A stretch of 64,000 nucleotides of DNA from Nemertoderma westbladi (taxonomy: Eukaryota > Animalia > Xenacoelomorpha). The translations under genes were made by a program, and so were the position numbers. The notes below the pieces were generated by a model that saw nothing but the letters and a program-made list of their open reading frames with translations, was not told where the DNA came from and searched no databases. Below are positions 48,030 through 60,026 of the stretch, in pieces (the first letter of the stretch is position 1; the number at the start of each line of letters is the position of its first letter). Location: positions 10,428 to 74,427 of the forward strand of contig JAUCBJ010003847.1 in NCBI GenBank assembly GCA_032718475.1, given 5' to 3'.

Positions 48030-48297
48030 ATAAAGTGAAGTTTTCTTAGGTCGTTAGGCCAGGGATTATGCAGATAGTCTGATGACTTATTTCCAGGACT
48101 ACTGGTATACTCCCCCCTAGGAAACTCCAGTATTAATTTAGCTACCATTTAAGGATGAAAGGCAGAGTTGCCAGTCACTTTAAAGGATTAGTGTCAAAAC
48201 TAAAACTACCCTGCCCCCATGCAGGGATCGAATCCACGACATCGGAAGAGATGTGAATTCAATGCAACGGATTTATCCACTACGCCACGGTTGGACC
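48030..48297 (-). mobile_element. tRNA-derived SINE with Nin/Deu-type core
   Basis: Minus strand: A box TGGCGTAGTGG, B-box-like GATTCGATCCC, core CAACTCTGCCTTTCATCCTT...GGTAGCTAAATTAATAC. Confidence 0.7.
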
Positions 48298-48506
48298 TTT
48301 GTATTTCGTATAATTCTCATTTCATATATATTTTTCATATCAAAGTATAATTCCTACTAGTCAACAATATTAAAAATAGTATGTCGATATATGAGGCACA
48401 AATGTAGGTCCCGGCGTATTACCTAATAACCGGTAGCCAGACTTTAAATAAAATACAAATATACTTCACAAATTTATCCAATTAAATAAATCTATATTCC
48501 TCGTAA

Positions 48507-50083
48507 GGCCCCCCTCACACGGAGCAACTTGTTTCTGCAACTTGTTTCTGAAACTTGTTACTGGACCCCCTCACACACAGAAACAAGTTGCTTCAACTTG
48601 TTTCTGCAACTTGTTTCCGAAACTTGTTTCAGCAACTTGTTGCTGGCCCCCCCTCACACACAGAAACTTGTTGCTGAAGAAAATAACAATTATTTCCAAA
48701 TAAATAGCTAGCATGTCCAGTCATTTGTATACTAGAAAGCCAGCAAGCTGACTGGAAGGAGCCCGGGGGAAGAATTCTAGTAAAGACTATTACAAAGAAC
48801 TATGTCAGTCAGCAGTAAGTAAACTAAAATTGTCTAAACTGCAAGGCGTGAGGCTAGCTGACTTTGTGGCTCGCCCCACATAATAAAAAATGCAACTTAG
48901 CTACCACTAACAAAAATATAATATGAAGCAAATAATTTCATTATCAAGCACGTTTACAAGATATAAGATGCGATTACCGAATATTTATAAAAAATGCCCA
49001 TGATGCACAACCAGATAAATAACAACGAATAGAGCCAAATAACAAATTTAGTTTCCTTCTATAGGTATTACCCCGTCGTCAAGCGGAATATCTCTTCCCA
49101 GTGAATTCTATGTGAATATGTAATATAGGTACTCCTTAGGCGGTAGGCCAGAGCGGGCTCCTTAAATACATGCAACTACTGTATTATAGTGTAGGTCAAC
49201 TATAAAACATTTTGCAATCCACAGTGAGTATCGACTGCAATAGGACACAACACACTGCTTTGTGTAACTAAAATTCATTCTCCTGATCCACCCCCTAACA
49301 TAGCAGAGTGAGTAACCTTATTGTAGATATACCCTTAGGAAGCACTGGGAGAGCAATCAGCTTATGGGGTAATACATTAGAAACCAACAGCTTATGTGTG
49401 AGTAAACATTGCCTTTCCTTATAGCCTACTAGTAAAACTTGGCAACCAACACGTTTTTCTATGACTGTGTATAACATATTAAGCCATATTTCATCATGAA
49501 CACCAGCTGTTATTTTACCATTGCTTTTAATTTCGCGACAAAACAATGTCAAAAAACTAAATATATCGAATACCACACATAGAATCGATCTGAAATTTTG
49601 TAACGCGATTATAAACCACCAAAGCAATGTACTTGCAAAATTTTATCAAAATCGCCAGCAAGAAGTGCCTTAACCTAGATAATTATCAGTCAGTATGTCA
49701 GTCAGTCAGTCAGTGTAATGTATCCTCAGATTTTTACAGAAAGTATCCCTGAGATTCTTACAGTAAGTATCCCGCTGTCAAGCGGGCTCCTAATAATATC
49801 ACATCACTCAAATTATCTAATATTAGCTAGTATCAAAATGGAATGTAATAAAAGTTTTTCAAAAAGTTGCTGGGAATATAACTTCCAGCAACTTGTTGCT
49901 GGACCCCCTCACACACAGAAATAAGTTGCGGAAACAAGTTGCAGAAACTTGTTGCTGGAGTCCTCACACACAGAAACAAGTTTCGGAAACAAGTTGCAGC
50001 AACAAGTTTATGTGTGTGAGGGGGTCCAGCAACAAGTTTCAGAAACAAGTTGTAGAAACAAGTTGCTCCGTGTGAGGGGGGCC
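48507..50083. mobile_element. PIF/Harbinger-type non-autonomous element, TAA TSD, ~170-bp TIRs built of AACTTGTT/AACAAGTT repeats
   Basis: TAA|GGCCCCCCTCACACGGAGCAACTTGTTTC...GAAACAAGTTGCTCCGTGTGAGGGGGGCC|TAA. Confidence 0.85.
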
Positions 50084-50098
50084 TAACTTACGATGTAA

Positions 50099-50152
50099 AG
50101 GTGCGTTCACATAACGTATGTGTGTGTATGTGAAAGTTATGTGAACGCACCT
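50099..50152. mobile_element. 54-bp mini-MITE/hairpin with TAA TSD
   Basis: TAA|AGGTGCGTTCACATAAC...GTTATGTGAACGCACCT|TAA, 17-bp perfect inverted repeat. Confidence 0.65.
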
Positions 50153-51906
50153 TAAACTAGCACAGTAGCGATACCAAAAGTCGAGGTCGCCAATGACACT
50201 GCGACAGACAGAGGCCGTGGCCTTGATGGCGAGTTGTTTGAGTACCGGTACAATTCCAAAACGTTGCTGGGTATTCTATTTAGGTATTGCAGTATTGGGC
50301 TGACTAGGTACCCCCCTCGTGCAGTAGTGGATACCAGAACATGGAATAAAGGTCAGCTGGTACAACCTGACAATATATCAGTCTGTTTTAAGTCCGCATA
50401 ATTTCAATACTTCCATGGCTGCATGGTTGCCGTTGCTGAGCCGATTGGTGGGTGGCGCCAAAGACCTGAAGACGGTACGGGTAACTCTGTACCACTGCAA
50501 CAGTAACGGTACCATACTGTAAAACATATGTTTAATAAGATTAAGGTACCGTACCGTACCGGTAAATGAGATAGCTGAATAGTGGCGATATCGCAATTCA
50601 GACATCACTCAGGCAATTGCAGGACTCCCTACCCTACCGCACGTACCAATGCTCAGATAATACAGTAGCTGTAAGCGGATTCAATTCCACTTCATTACCC
50701 ACCAGAAAATGGGACCAGTGGCATTTAGCAATATGTTGGGGATACGAACAAGCCCTAAAGCCACAGAGAGAGGTGAGAGGTCGTCGGGGGTGAGTCAACC
50801 CGACAGGAGCCTGCAAGGCCACGCAGTCGCACAGAGAGAGGTGGGGGTGAGTAGACCCAGCCGGAGTAGAGACAATGCGTCGACTAGAGAGGGGCGTAGA
50901 AGCGAAGTAGGAGGTAGCGAAGTAAGAGGTGGCGAATGGGGGGGGGGGGGTGGGCAGAGAATGTCCCACAAGCGTCGGCGGATAATGCGCTGGGCGAGTT
51001 AGGTGAACCACGGCACCCGACGACGGAGAATAGTAGGGGGATTGCAAGTATCCCCAGGAGCGTCCAACCGGCTAGAGAGAGAGAGAGAGGTTGGTGCCGT
51101 GAGCAGGCGAGCGATAATACGTCGAGCCCAGTCGGAAGACGGAAGAAGAACAGTGGAGTTTAACCGGGAGGTCGGAGAGAGATCTCATGAGCGGGAGCGC
51201 TACACTGAAGAGAGAAGAAGTGAAGAAAATAGAAGAAGCGTTGCTACGAGCAATCGGAGAGCGAGGACGGACAGCGAACCGTCGGTGGCAGAGATTGAGT
51301 TAGAGAGTCAGTGGGGTCGAACTCCAGGAGATTGCCGTTGCCCCGGAGAGACGAAGCCTAATGAGATATACCATACACCGGGAGAAGGGTACAGGATATA
51401 CTGGCACGAGGACGAGGACAGGAGAGGGGATCGAAGAGAAACTTCCCGACAGGATATAGCTGCCGATCGAGAGTACGGTAGTCGCGGGGATAACTTCTTG
51501 GAATATTCGAGAAGATTAAACTTCAGACCGGAAGGACACAGGCAGACTGCAGGACATACTGTAGGCCATACTGCACATACTATAGGCCATGCTGGAAGAG
51601 ATAGTGTAGGCGATAGGGTAGCGCGGACAACGGGATTAGACCCGGAAGTCGCGGCATACATACCGGTAGGTAGGCAAGAAGTGGATAGGCCTATACCGGT
51701 ACCTGCACACCAGTATGACTATAATATGCAGGGACATAACATATACCCAGGGGAAGGGGGTGTTATTGCCGATAGGTGTGTGGGCCCTAACATGGTAACA
51801 TCAACCCCAATACCAAATATAACATCGGTGGGGGGGGGGGGGGGGGGACATTCCCCCATTACAATATCAGCAATACACTCAACCGAGAACAAAAACCCCG
51901 AACCCC

Positions 51907-53760
51907 TTGAAGGAGAATAGATCATGCGATACAGAGATATGGAGGGGACCATTACCCCCAATGATATATCCGACACAGAAGAGGTCGACAGGCCCGACGG
52001 GCGAACCGCACCCAACAACGGGAGAGTCTGTACAGCATCCGTCGAACCCACTAGAAGCACAGGCGATGGGAATGGCAACACTCATAGAAGCGCTTAAGAC
52101 CAGGATCGAGCTGCCACCAGTGGAGCCGTTTAAATTCGATGGAAGCAGACCGGAGGAATACCTGCAATTCCAATGCATGTACAGTAATGAAATATTAACT
52201 AAGAATCTGACGCAGGCGGAGTGCCTAAAATATTTACAAGTTTACACAGGGGGCCCAGCGTACGATATCGTAAGGCAGTATCAAGGTATCGAGGACGGAT
52301 TCATGACTGCATGGCGGGCCCTGGACAGGGAATACGGACACCCTGCCAAGATCATCCGGCAGACCTTGAGGGGAATAACATCCGGTGGCCTACAGGATAA
52401 CCCTGTTAGTATAAAGACTTTCGCGAATAAGGTCGAGAAGGCGCTGATCGTGCTAAAGACCTTGGATGCGCCATACAAACTCAACGCATCGAATAACATC
52501 ACCACAATAGCGCAGGCACTGCCAATCTGGCTAAGAAACAAGTGGAGGAAGATCGCCTTCTCCACCCGGGAGAAGAAAGGTGCGGAACTGGGCCTAGAAG
52601 AAATGTCAAACTTCCTCAATTATGAGGCAGAGTTGATTACAGACCCAGTCTACAGCGAGGATAGTTTGGGGAAGGCACCGAAAGCTGAATACAACAGGCT
52701 TAAACCCAAACACAGTCCGGCGGATCCATTCCCGAGAGTGAGACAGTCGCTACCACATGCGGCCATGCAGGGGACTGCTAGTCCACAGTTAGCTGGGAAT
52801 AGGGCCACACCATGGCAGGGACAGAAACAAAATAACAACACGAACAAATATAATCCCAACATACCCAGTAGGCCAAGTCCAAATAACCAAAACACCAAAC
52901 CGGTAGATATGAATCTATGCGCTATACGTGAAGGGCTATACAGGGAGCGCTACAATCCAGGATACGAATGTCAATTGCATAGGGATGGAACCCATAAGAC
53001 CATGAGTTGTAAGCATTGGCAAGCGTTGCCTAAACAAGATCGGGTAGCCTATGTGGATACAAATGGACCATGTCATCACTGTGTGGTGGAAGGACACAGA
53101 ATCGGAGAGTGTGGAGAAACACCGATAGGATACGATGAGACTGGAGGCCAAACTAAGGCTACAAGCACGACGGGAGCAAAGAGAAAGAGAATGGTACTAC
53201 TCGAAACAGTACCACTGAGAATAACAGGAGAGGGCGGGCTATCGGTTACAACATTAATGTTGATCGATAGTGGAGCAGCGTTCACGTTAACGGAGGATTG
53301 GGTGGCCGAAAAGATAGGGTTACGAACGAAGCCAAGCAAGATGGCGGTGACCACTATCTCGAGTAAAGACAAAGTCTTTAAGATGAGAACGGGGCGTTGT
53401 AAATCCGGGAGAGTGGTGGCTCCCCGATTGCGGGGTGACCATCGACCCCATTTAAATAGTACAATCGATTAACATTAATGCCAGGAGACCCACGAAGAGC
53501 GAGGTCGAACAATACCAGTACCTGGACAACATCGATTTCTCAACACCAGAACTGGACATCCCGAAAGTATCTATCATATTCGGAATGGACTGCCCGGCAG
53601 CCCACAGGAGGTTTTCCTGCCAATTCGCAGAAGATGGAGAGAGAGGCCCAATGGCGATTTCCACGCCATTTGGATGGACACTCAGCGGCCCAATCAAGTC
53701 TAGAATTCCGTTCAACGTGTCAGAATCCTCAGGGTGCATGTTCGCAGGCACAATGAGAGA
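51907..53760 (+). pseudogene. BEL/Pao Gag and aspartic protease (frameshifted after protease core)
   Basis: ELPPVEPFKFDGSRPEEY, AWRALDREYGHP, LPIWLRNKW, CQLH...H...C, CHHC...GH...EC, LIDSGA, GPMAISTPFGWTLSGP. Confidence 0.85.
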
Positions 53761-55025
53761 AGTGGAGGTCAAGGGAGCAGATGAGAAAACAGAAACAGGC
53801 AACGGGGAGAGATCACCGAAACAGTCGACACAAGGATTGCAAGTGATGCCCATGCCAGGTGGCTCTAAGGGCGATTTTGCAACAAACAGACCAAGGGAGC
53901 AGGAAGGGCGGAAGGATACGGGTGGAAACCGAGGCGCAGAGGGGCACAGTGGATCTACTGGGCTACCGGATCCGGATCCACTCCCAGCGAGGGAGGAGGA
54001 TGACGACGAGTTCAGGGAGATGCCGCCCATTGAGGGAATCGGCCACTCAGATACGGACTGGGTGGGCGGGAGAGTGGTGAAGGCCAGCAGGGCGAGAGCC
54101 TTCTGGGATGAACCTGGCAAGCGGGCCTGGGTGCACGAGGAGCCGGCAATGGATTTCGCGGGAGGCATGATCAGGCTGGACGAGCAGCCAGGAACGGCAC
54201 CACGAATAGTGTTTGGGGAGACGATGCCGAGGGCGGAGGAGAATGGGGAGTATCGGTATGGGGATGGAGAAGAGTGGACAACGAGGTGTCCGGAGAGGTG
54301 TCCGGAACAGACGCCAGTCCAGTTGAGAGGCATACCGGTGGGGAGGAGGTCGAGCAAGAAGACAAGGTGGAAAGGGAGAGGATGTGGGAAGATTAGACCA
54401 GGGGCAGAGAAGCCCATGATGAAACGTGACAAAGGATGCAGGAAAGTGGGAGAGGGCGTGTTGTACACGCAGCATCAAATGGTAAGCCACTAGGTGTACC
54501 GAAGGATGACTGGGGGTCATCGTGGGCTTGCCGGCGCACATATTAAGGGGAAGGCCAACAGAGGTGGCATGTACCAGCAAGGATGACAAGAGGGGCGGCA
54601 TTCTACAGCCACACGACGACAAGATGAAGGGTGGCATTTTGCCGGTAGGGACGACCACGAAGAGATTAGTAACGTGACTGAAAGACCCGACTTAAGGGTG
54701 AAGGAGAAGGGAAGGTCAATTCCAAAAGAGTTGGAATTGAGAAGAAGAGTAGGGTGAAGATTAAGAGGACCTGTAAGGGGGCAGTGGGATAATTACCTGC
54801 TGGAAGAATCGCCCTTAGGTTGTTGAGTCGTCCAATATGTGATATGTTGGACTGAGGGGGGTGGGAATGAGGGCGAGACGCCCTTCTCACACATAAAATA
54901 AAATATAAATAATAAAAATAATAAAATAAGAAGTGAGATAGTAGAAAGATGAAAGTAATAGTAGTAGATAGTTAGATAGTGGGTAGCACTAGTTAGAAGT
55001 TAGTAAGAGTTAGTAAGAAGTTAGA

Positions 55026-55520
55026 AGTTAGGGAGTGTGGTATATAGACATACCACGAGAGTAGTAGCAGGGTACATAGTACCGGAGTAGCAGGGTACAT
55101 AGTACCGAAAGAGTTAGATGTTGTGGGCACTGAAAGCGCCATGTAGAAAGAGAGTTAGGGAGTGTGGTATATAGACATACCACGACAATAGTAGCAGGGT
55201 ACATAGTACCGGAGTAGCAGGGTACATAGTACTGAGAGAGTTAGAGGTTGTGGGCACCGAAAGCGCCACGTAGAAAGAGGGTAGAGGGTATGGTATGTAG
55301 GTATACCATAGAAGTAGTAGCAGAGGGGTTGTGGGCACTGAAAGCGCCATGTAGAAAGAGAGAGGGTATGGTATGTAGGTATACCATAGAAGTAGTAGCA
55401 GAGTGGTTGTGGGCACGGAAAGCACCACGTAGAAAGAGAGTAGAGGGTATGGTATGTAGGTATACCATAGAAGTAGTAGCAGAGGGGTTGTGGGCACCGA
55501 AAGCACCACGTAGAAAGAGA
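55026..55520 (+). repeat. Tandem ~80-125-bp units containing hairpins inside the BEL element
   Basis: Repeated TATGGTATGTAGGTATACCATA and TTGTGGGCAC.GAAAGC.CCA.GTAGAAAGAG. Confidence 0.85.
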
Positions 55521-56687
55521 GTGAAGGGTAAGAACGTAAAGGGTACGTAGGCATAGTATAGTAGTAGTAGGGCACATAGTAAGAAGCAAGTAGGAAGGTA
55601 GATACGATAATTGCACAGAAAAGGGGGAAACATAGATAAAACAAAATAAAAATAAAGCTAGGGAAATATTGGCACGAAAGAAAGAAGGAAGGAAGGCCAT
55701 TACAGAACAAAACTTGTAACATCTTGTTTAACGGCACTCACTCAAATTGAGCCTTTGTAAGGCCCCACCAATTGGGTGGGCGCGGGGAAGTTTGTGATGG
55801 CTGAGAGGTTAGTAAGGAAAAGAAAGGTGGAGAGAGAGTGAAGCGGGTGAAACCGGGAGTGATGAGTCATACCACCTCTGAGCAGGGGGTTAGGACGCAT
55901 CATGTATACGAGCATATAATATAATGTATATAATATATAATTATAATAATTAATTATTATATATATATTATTATATAATATATACCGTAGTCAAGTACAA
56001 CCTTTTTCCAATTAGCTACTGGGACTGGGGACTAATTGACTAGAATAGCAGGACGAGACTTAGATGGATCCCACTAACATGTTGCACACATGTGTGGGAC
56101 CCGATAAGTGTGTTGTCATTGAACAAAAGGGCAGAGTTCAGGATTTATTGTGGAAGCTCATATCCTGCGGGATAAGAATCGTCCAGACGGGCGCTACCGG
56201 GATATGAGTAGGAGGGGCAGGTGATGGGACCACAGGCGTGGAGAGTGAGAGCAAAATGGGTTGAGTATGAGAGGAGTATGGGAGGAGTGCGAGAAAAACA
56301 TGGAGAGGAGGTGTTGGCAGGCGTGGAAGTGAGAGGAGTGCAATTCAAGTGTGGGGAGCGAGCAGTAAGAGAGAGAGTAAGGGACAACGAGGTCCACGAG
56401 AAAGAGAGTGAGGGACAAAGAGCTCCGAGAGTAAGTGAGGTTTTAGAAAATTGTGCGAAGAGAGTCCACAATTGTCTCAAACAGAGACGTCAGATACCTT
56501 GGTGCAACATAGCTTGCAATTGCACCAAGGAGGGGTAGCAATAACATACCCAGGAGGGGCGGCCTGGAAAGCCAACCCCGAGAAAAGAACTCCACCCCAC
56601 ACCCGATATTAGATAGGGTTCCAGCGGAATTGAAGCTCACTTGAGGTTGATGCTATCTTCTCACCGGGAAGATAGCATAGGAGGGAG

Positions 56688-57343
56688 TGTAAGCGGATTC
56701 AATTCCACTTCATTACCCACCAGAAAATGGGACCAGTGGCATTTAGCAATATGTTGGGGATACGAGATTACCAATATTAATCTCGTATCATAACCAACAT
56801 TGGGGGGGGGGGGGGGGGCGACACAAGCCCTAAAGCCGCAGAGAGAGGTAAGAGGTCCAACCACCTCGGAGGGAATACAGCTAGTAGAGGCTAGCAGCGG
56901 AGGGGAAACACTCGCAGGGAGTGCCAAAGTGACAATTAGTATATTAGCCAATAGTGGGGAGGGAAGCACGTGGTAAGGAACAGGAAAGCATCCATTGGGT
57001 AGAGGGCCAAAGTAGAGTAGGACGTACAACCAATATTCAATGTGTGATTAATCATATAATATCTTACATTACTGGTTTACCGGTCAGTTCTGTTACTCAG
57101 TTCAGTCAGTGCAGACTGGTCATAGTTAATGACCGCCACCGCCATACCGGTAACAATTAACTTGTATTTTCTGCTTATTATCTACTGGCGTGCTATTATC
57201 GTCCATATTAATCAATATCGAGAGACAACAGAAACTCTTACTGTTTTTCCCCAACGGCCTTGGCCAAAGTTACTAGCACGATCCCCCAGCAGAACGGTGA
57301 CGGGTACATTTCTAACCCGGTCGGGATCTCTGATCCCGTCACA
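56688..57343 (+). repeat. 3' LTR of the BEL/Pao element (656 bp)
   Basis: TG...CA, follows PPT, followed by TSD. Confidence 0.88.
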
Positions 57344-57629
57344 GTAGCAGTACCACACTGACAGACTGACAACCAGCCTAGAAAGCTAGGCCTACCACAT
57401 AACAGCAACAGCAGCGATCAGTACTGGTACTGAGTACAGGCATCTCATGGTACCGGTGTCGTACTCTGAACTCTGCAACCTGGCAATGCTGGAATGGCTG
57501 AAAGTAAAATAGGCCTACCACACTTCCCAAGGCCACGTTATTGCTGCATTGTACCGGTATTGCTGAATTTCAAACCCACCTGATATATCCTGCAGTCTCC
57601 TAGCAACCAGCTGATGCCAAGTCTAATAA

Positions 57630-57890
57630 TTTTTGGATAGATAAATTTATTATAACTGCAAGACAGTTACACAGATGTTGCACGAAGACCCCAAGCAAAT
57701 TCAACTTGGAAAATTTCTAAACTTTTGCCAGACTACATATGTACCAAGTTGAGATATATTTTATCGATATTTGGCTGAGTTATTAACGTTTAAAATTGGA
57801 CACAACAGAACAACAGAGCAACATACACACCGATTGAGTTAGTGGTACCTGTATGCTAAGCTCGCTTTCTTTCGTCGCTCGCCCCACAAA
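57630..57890 (-). mobile_element. Helentron/DINE-1-like repeat end (homologous to 2682-2945)
   Basis: Reverse-complement similarity, e.g. ATAAATTTATTATAACTGCAA, GAGTTATTAACGTTTAAA, GCTCGCCCCACA. Confidence 0.55.
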
Positions 57891-60026
57891 AAACTACTAC
57901 AAGATTCAACACAAATTTTTGAAAAAAATTCATCAAAGCTAATATTTAATAAGTGCACAAAAATACTGCTACTATCACGATTTGATAGATTTGAATACGG
58001 ATTGGTATACTATACACACAAGTTGATAGTACAGTTATTGGCCTAGCCAATGTATGATTGTCTAACTCAGGTTATATTATTCAAGGATTCTAGAATTTCG
58101 GGTATTCTGCATTATTTTAGGAGTGACCAATTAGGTGGATAGTTGTATTCATTAAAAGAACTGCTTCTCGGTTCGAATATAAACGAACATCCGAGTTTCA
58201 ACTTGCGACCACTGTAATTCTGTTATTTTGAAAATGTATTGTATGATAGAACATATGATTATTCTCGCATTTTGAATGTTTGACTTGCTTGCTTGACGAA
58301 ATATGATAGTAAGCTGTTTATGCATGAAGCTCTCCCTGGGTTACAATCATTTATATTTTGTGTAATACTAACGATAGAAACCGAGTGGAAACTTTTCTAA
58401 AAAAAATAAAGTCCAAAAAAAATCTCACCTCTATTAGCAGATTGGTGTCAAGGTAACCTCACAGCATACAGAGTGGCGGCCCAAACTAACTATAATTAAT
58501 AACTAATCTAATAAATTTTACTAAATATCACTTCGTCTACAGTCTGCTTAACAACTTTTTGAACCACGCAGTAATTTGTATTCATACATTTCTAAATAAA
58601 ACCCGGTCTCACCGGTATTATTATATATATAACCATGAAACTTTCATGGAATGACGACAGCGTAAGTTGAATTACTGGGAGCAAAATTTGGATAGGTGTA
58701 TCGGGTACCACCCGCTTCGACAGACTGTTTGTTTTGCATTTTTAAGTTCAAAACCGCTTGAAGTATTCTAGTCAATGGACGAAGATGAGTCCGCCAATTC
58801 TATAGCAGAATAATGCCCTAATGTTCAGAAGTAATCAGCCAAGAAGCATATTCCCCAGAATACCATACAGTACGTGCCACGGCAAGTTCAATATTTGTTT
58901 TATGAGATAAGATTATGAGAGAAGATCAACGCTACCGTACTTTTTACAATTACAAAAATATACATTCATTGTAAACCATATTGTATTTTATTTTAATTGT
59001 CTTGAATAATATAAAATATTCCATGAAAATGAATACCTCAATAGCAAGACAACATAGTTCTAGATATTAAATTTTCAATTTTAGTAATTTAGCTATTTCA
59101 ATATATTCAGAATAGCTCATTAGATCAGTTAATTTAAACTACTTATTTAAGCTATTACGTCAATGTTTTGGGCATTTTAAATTAAGTAAAAGTCAATTTA
59201 ACTTATATTTCGTTTCTTTCTGGGGCTTTATCTATATCATTATACCAATACAACAGAAGAGTAATTATGAAAGTTAAAGCAAAATGCGGAATATCCCATT
59301 TGCTAACTTTTAAGTGGTTTTCAAATTATGTATACCGATATGATAATGTCATATAAGGCCGCATTTAAACTCATTGAACGCATTAATTAGTATGCCATCA
59401 GGGGTACTCACTTTTAGACCATGATATTCCATGTGAAGAATACCAGATTTTCACTTTTTCGATTGAAATCCCATTGGAATTGTATATATTAATAATTTGT
59501 ATTTTGTAAAACAATGTGTTTTATAGCGCTTATTTTTATCTTATAACCTGTACAGATACTAATTCCTTTATTTGTTTTGGTTAGATTCAGCCCTTCTGTA
59601 TCCTGGGTTTTGGTCAAAACCTATGGTATTCTTAATATGGGGGTAACTGCAAAGCAAAATAATAACAGCATGAAGTCTGGTATACTTCACATGGGTGATG
59701 ATGATATTAGGTATTACCGTGAGATTTCCTGTTCTAGAACAAAAATTTGACCTTCTTAGAGACGTTAGCTATTATTTATTTTATTGTAGTGTATATGTAT
59801 AATTATATTTAAGATAGCTAGATATTGTTTTTAAAATGACAAAAGTGTACACACAAAGGTGTTTTTTGCTTTTTCTTTCATATAAAACAATATGTCTAAT
59901 GATTGTGCTGTGGTGTGTGATAAATCTCCATAGTTACTGAACCTGTCTTATGTAATGCATTGTCCATGTTACAACCACAGCTCAAGTAGTACCGAACAAG
60001 GTCATAGCAGTAGATATCCGACACAA

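Larger units (their letters stand above)
50670..57343 (+). mobile_element. Non-autonomous BEL/Pao LTR retrotransposon (gag-protease, no RT/RH/IN seen), TSD GTAGC
   Basis: TGTAAGCGG... at 50670 and 56688, PPT AGGAGGGAG, ends ...CGTCACA 57343, GTAGC at 50665-50669 and 57344-57348; 5' LTR reduced to ~110 bp. Confidence 0.9.

Noticed and set aside
48079-48110. Hammerhead ribozyme core CTGATGA (also ~44420)
   Set aside because: No correctly placed GAAA or stem pairing was found.
48212-48297. tRNA gene
   Set aside because: A/B boxes are present but there is no convincing cloverleaf, and it continues into a SINE core.
53452-54658. Long antisense ORFs in BEL elements (also 215-760 and those antisense to CatSper/Gypsy)
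   Set aside because: Ser/Pro/Leu-rich shadows of purine-rich or coding plus strands.
55114-55737. Three overlapping minus-strand hydrophobic repeat ORFs (env-like?)
   Set aside because: Open in all three frames because the opposite strand is a purine-rich tandem repeat; no env features.
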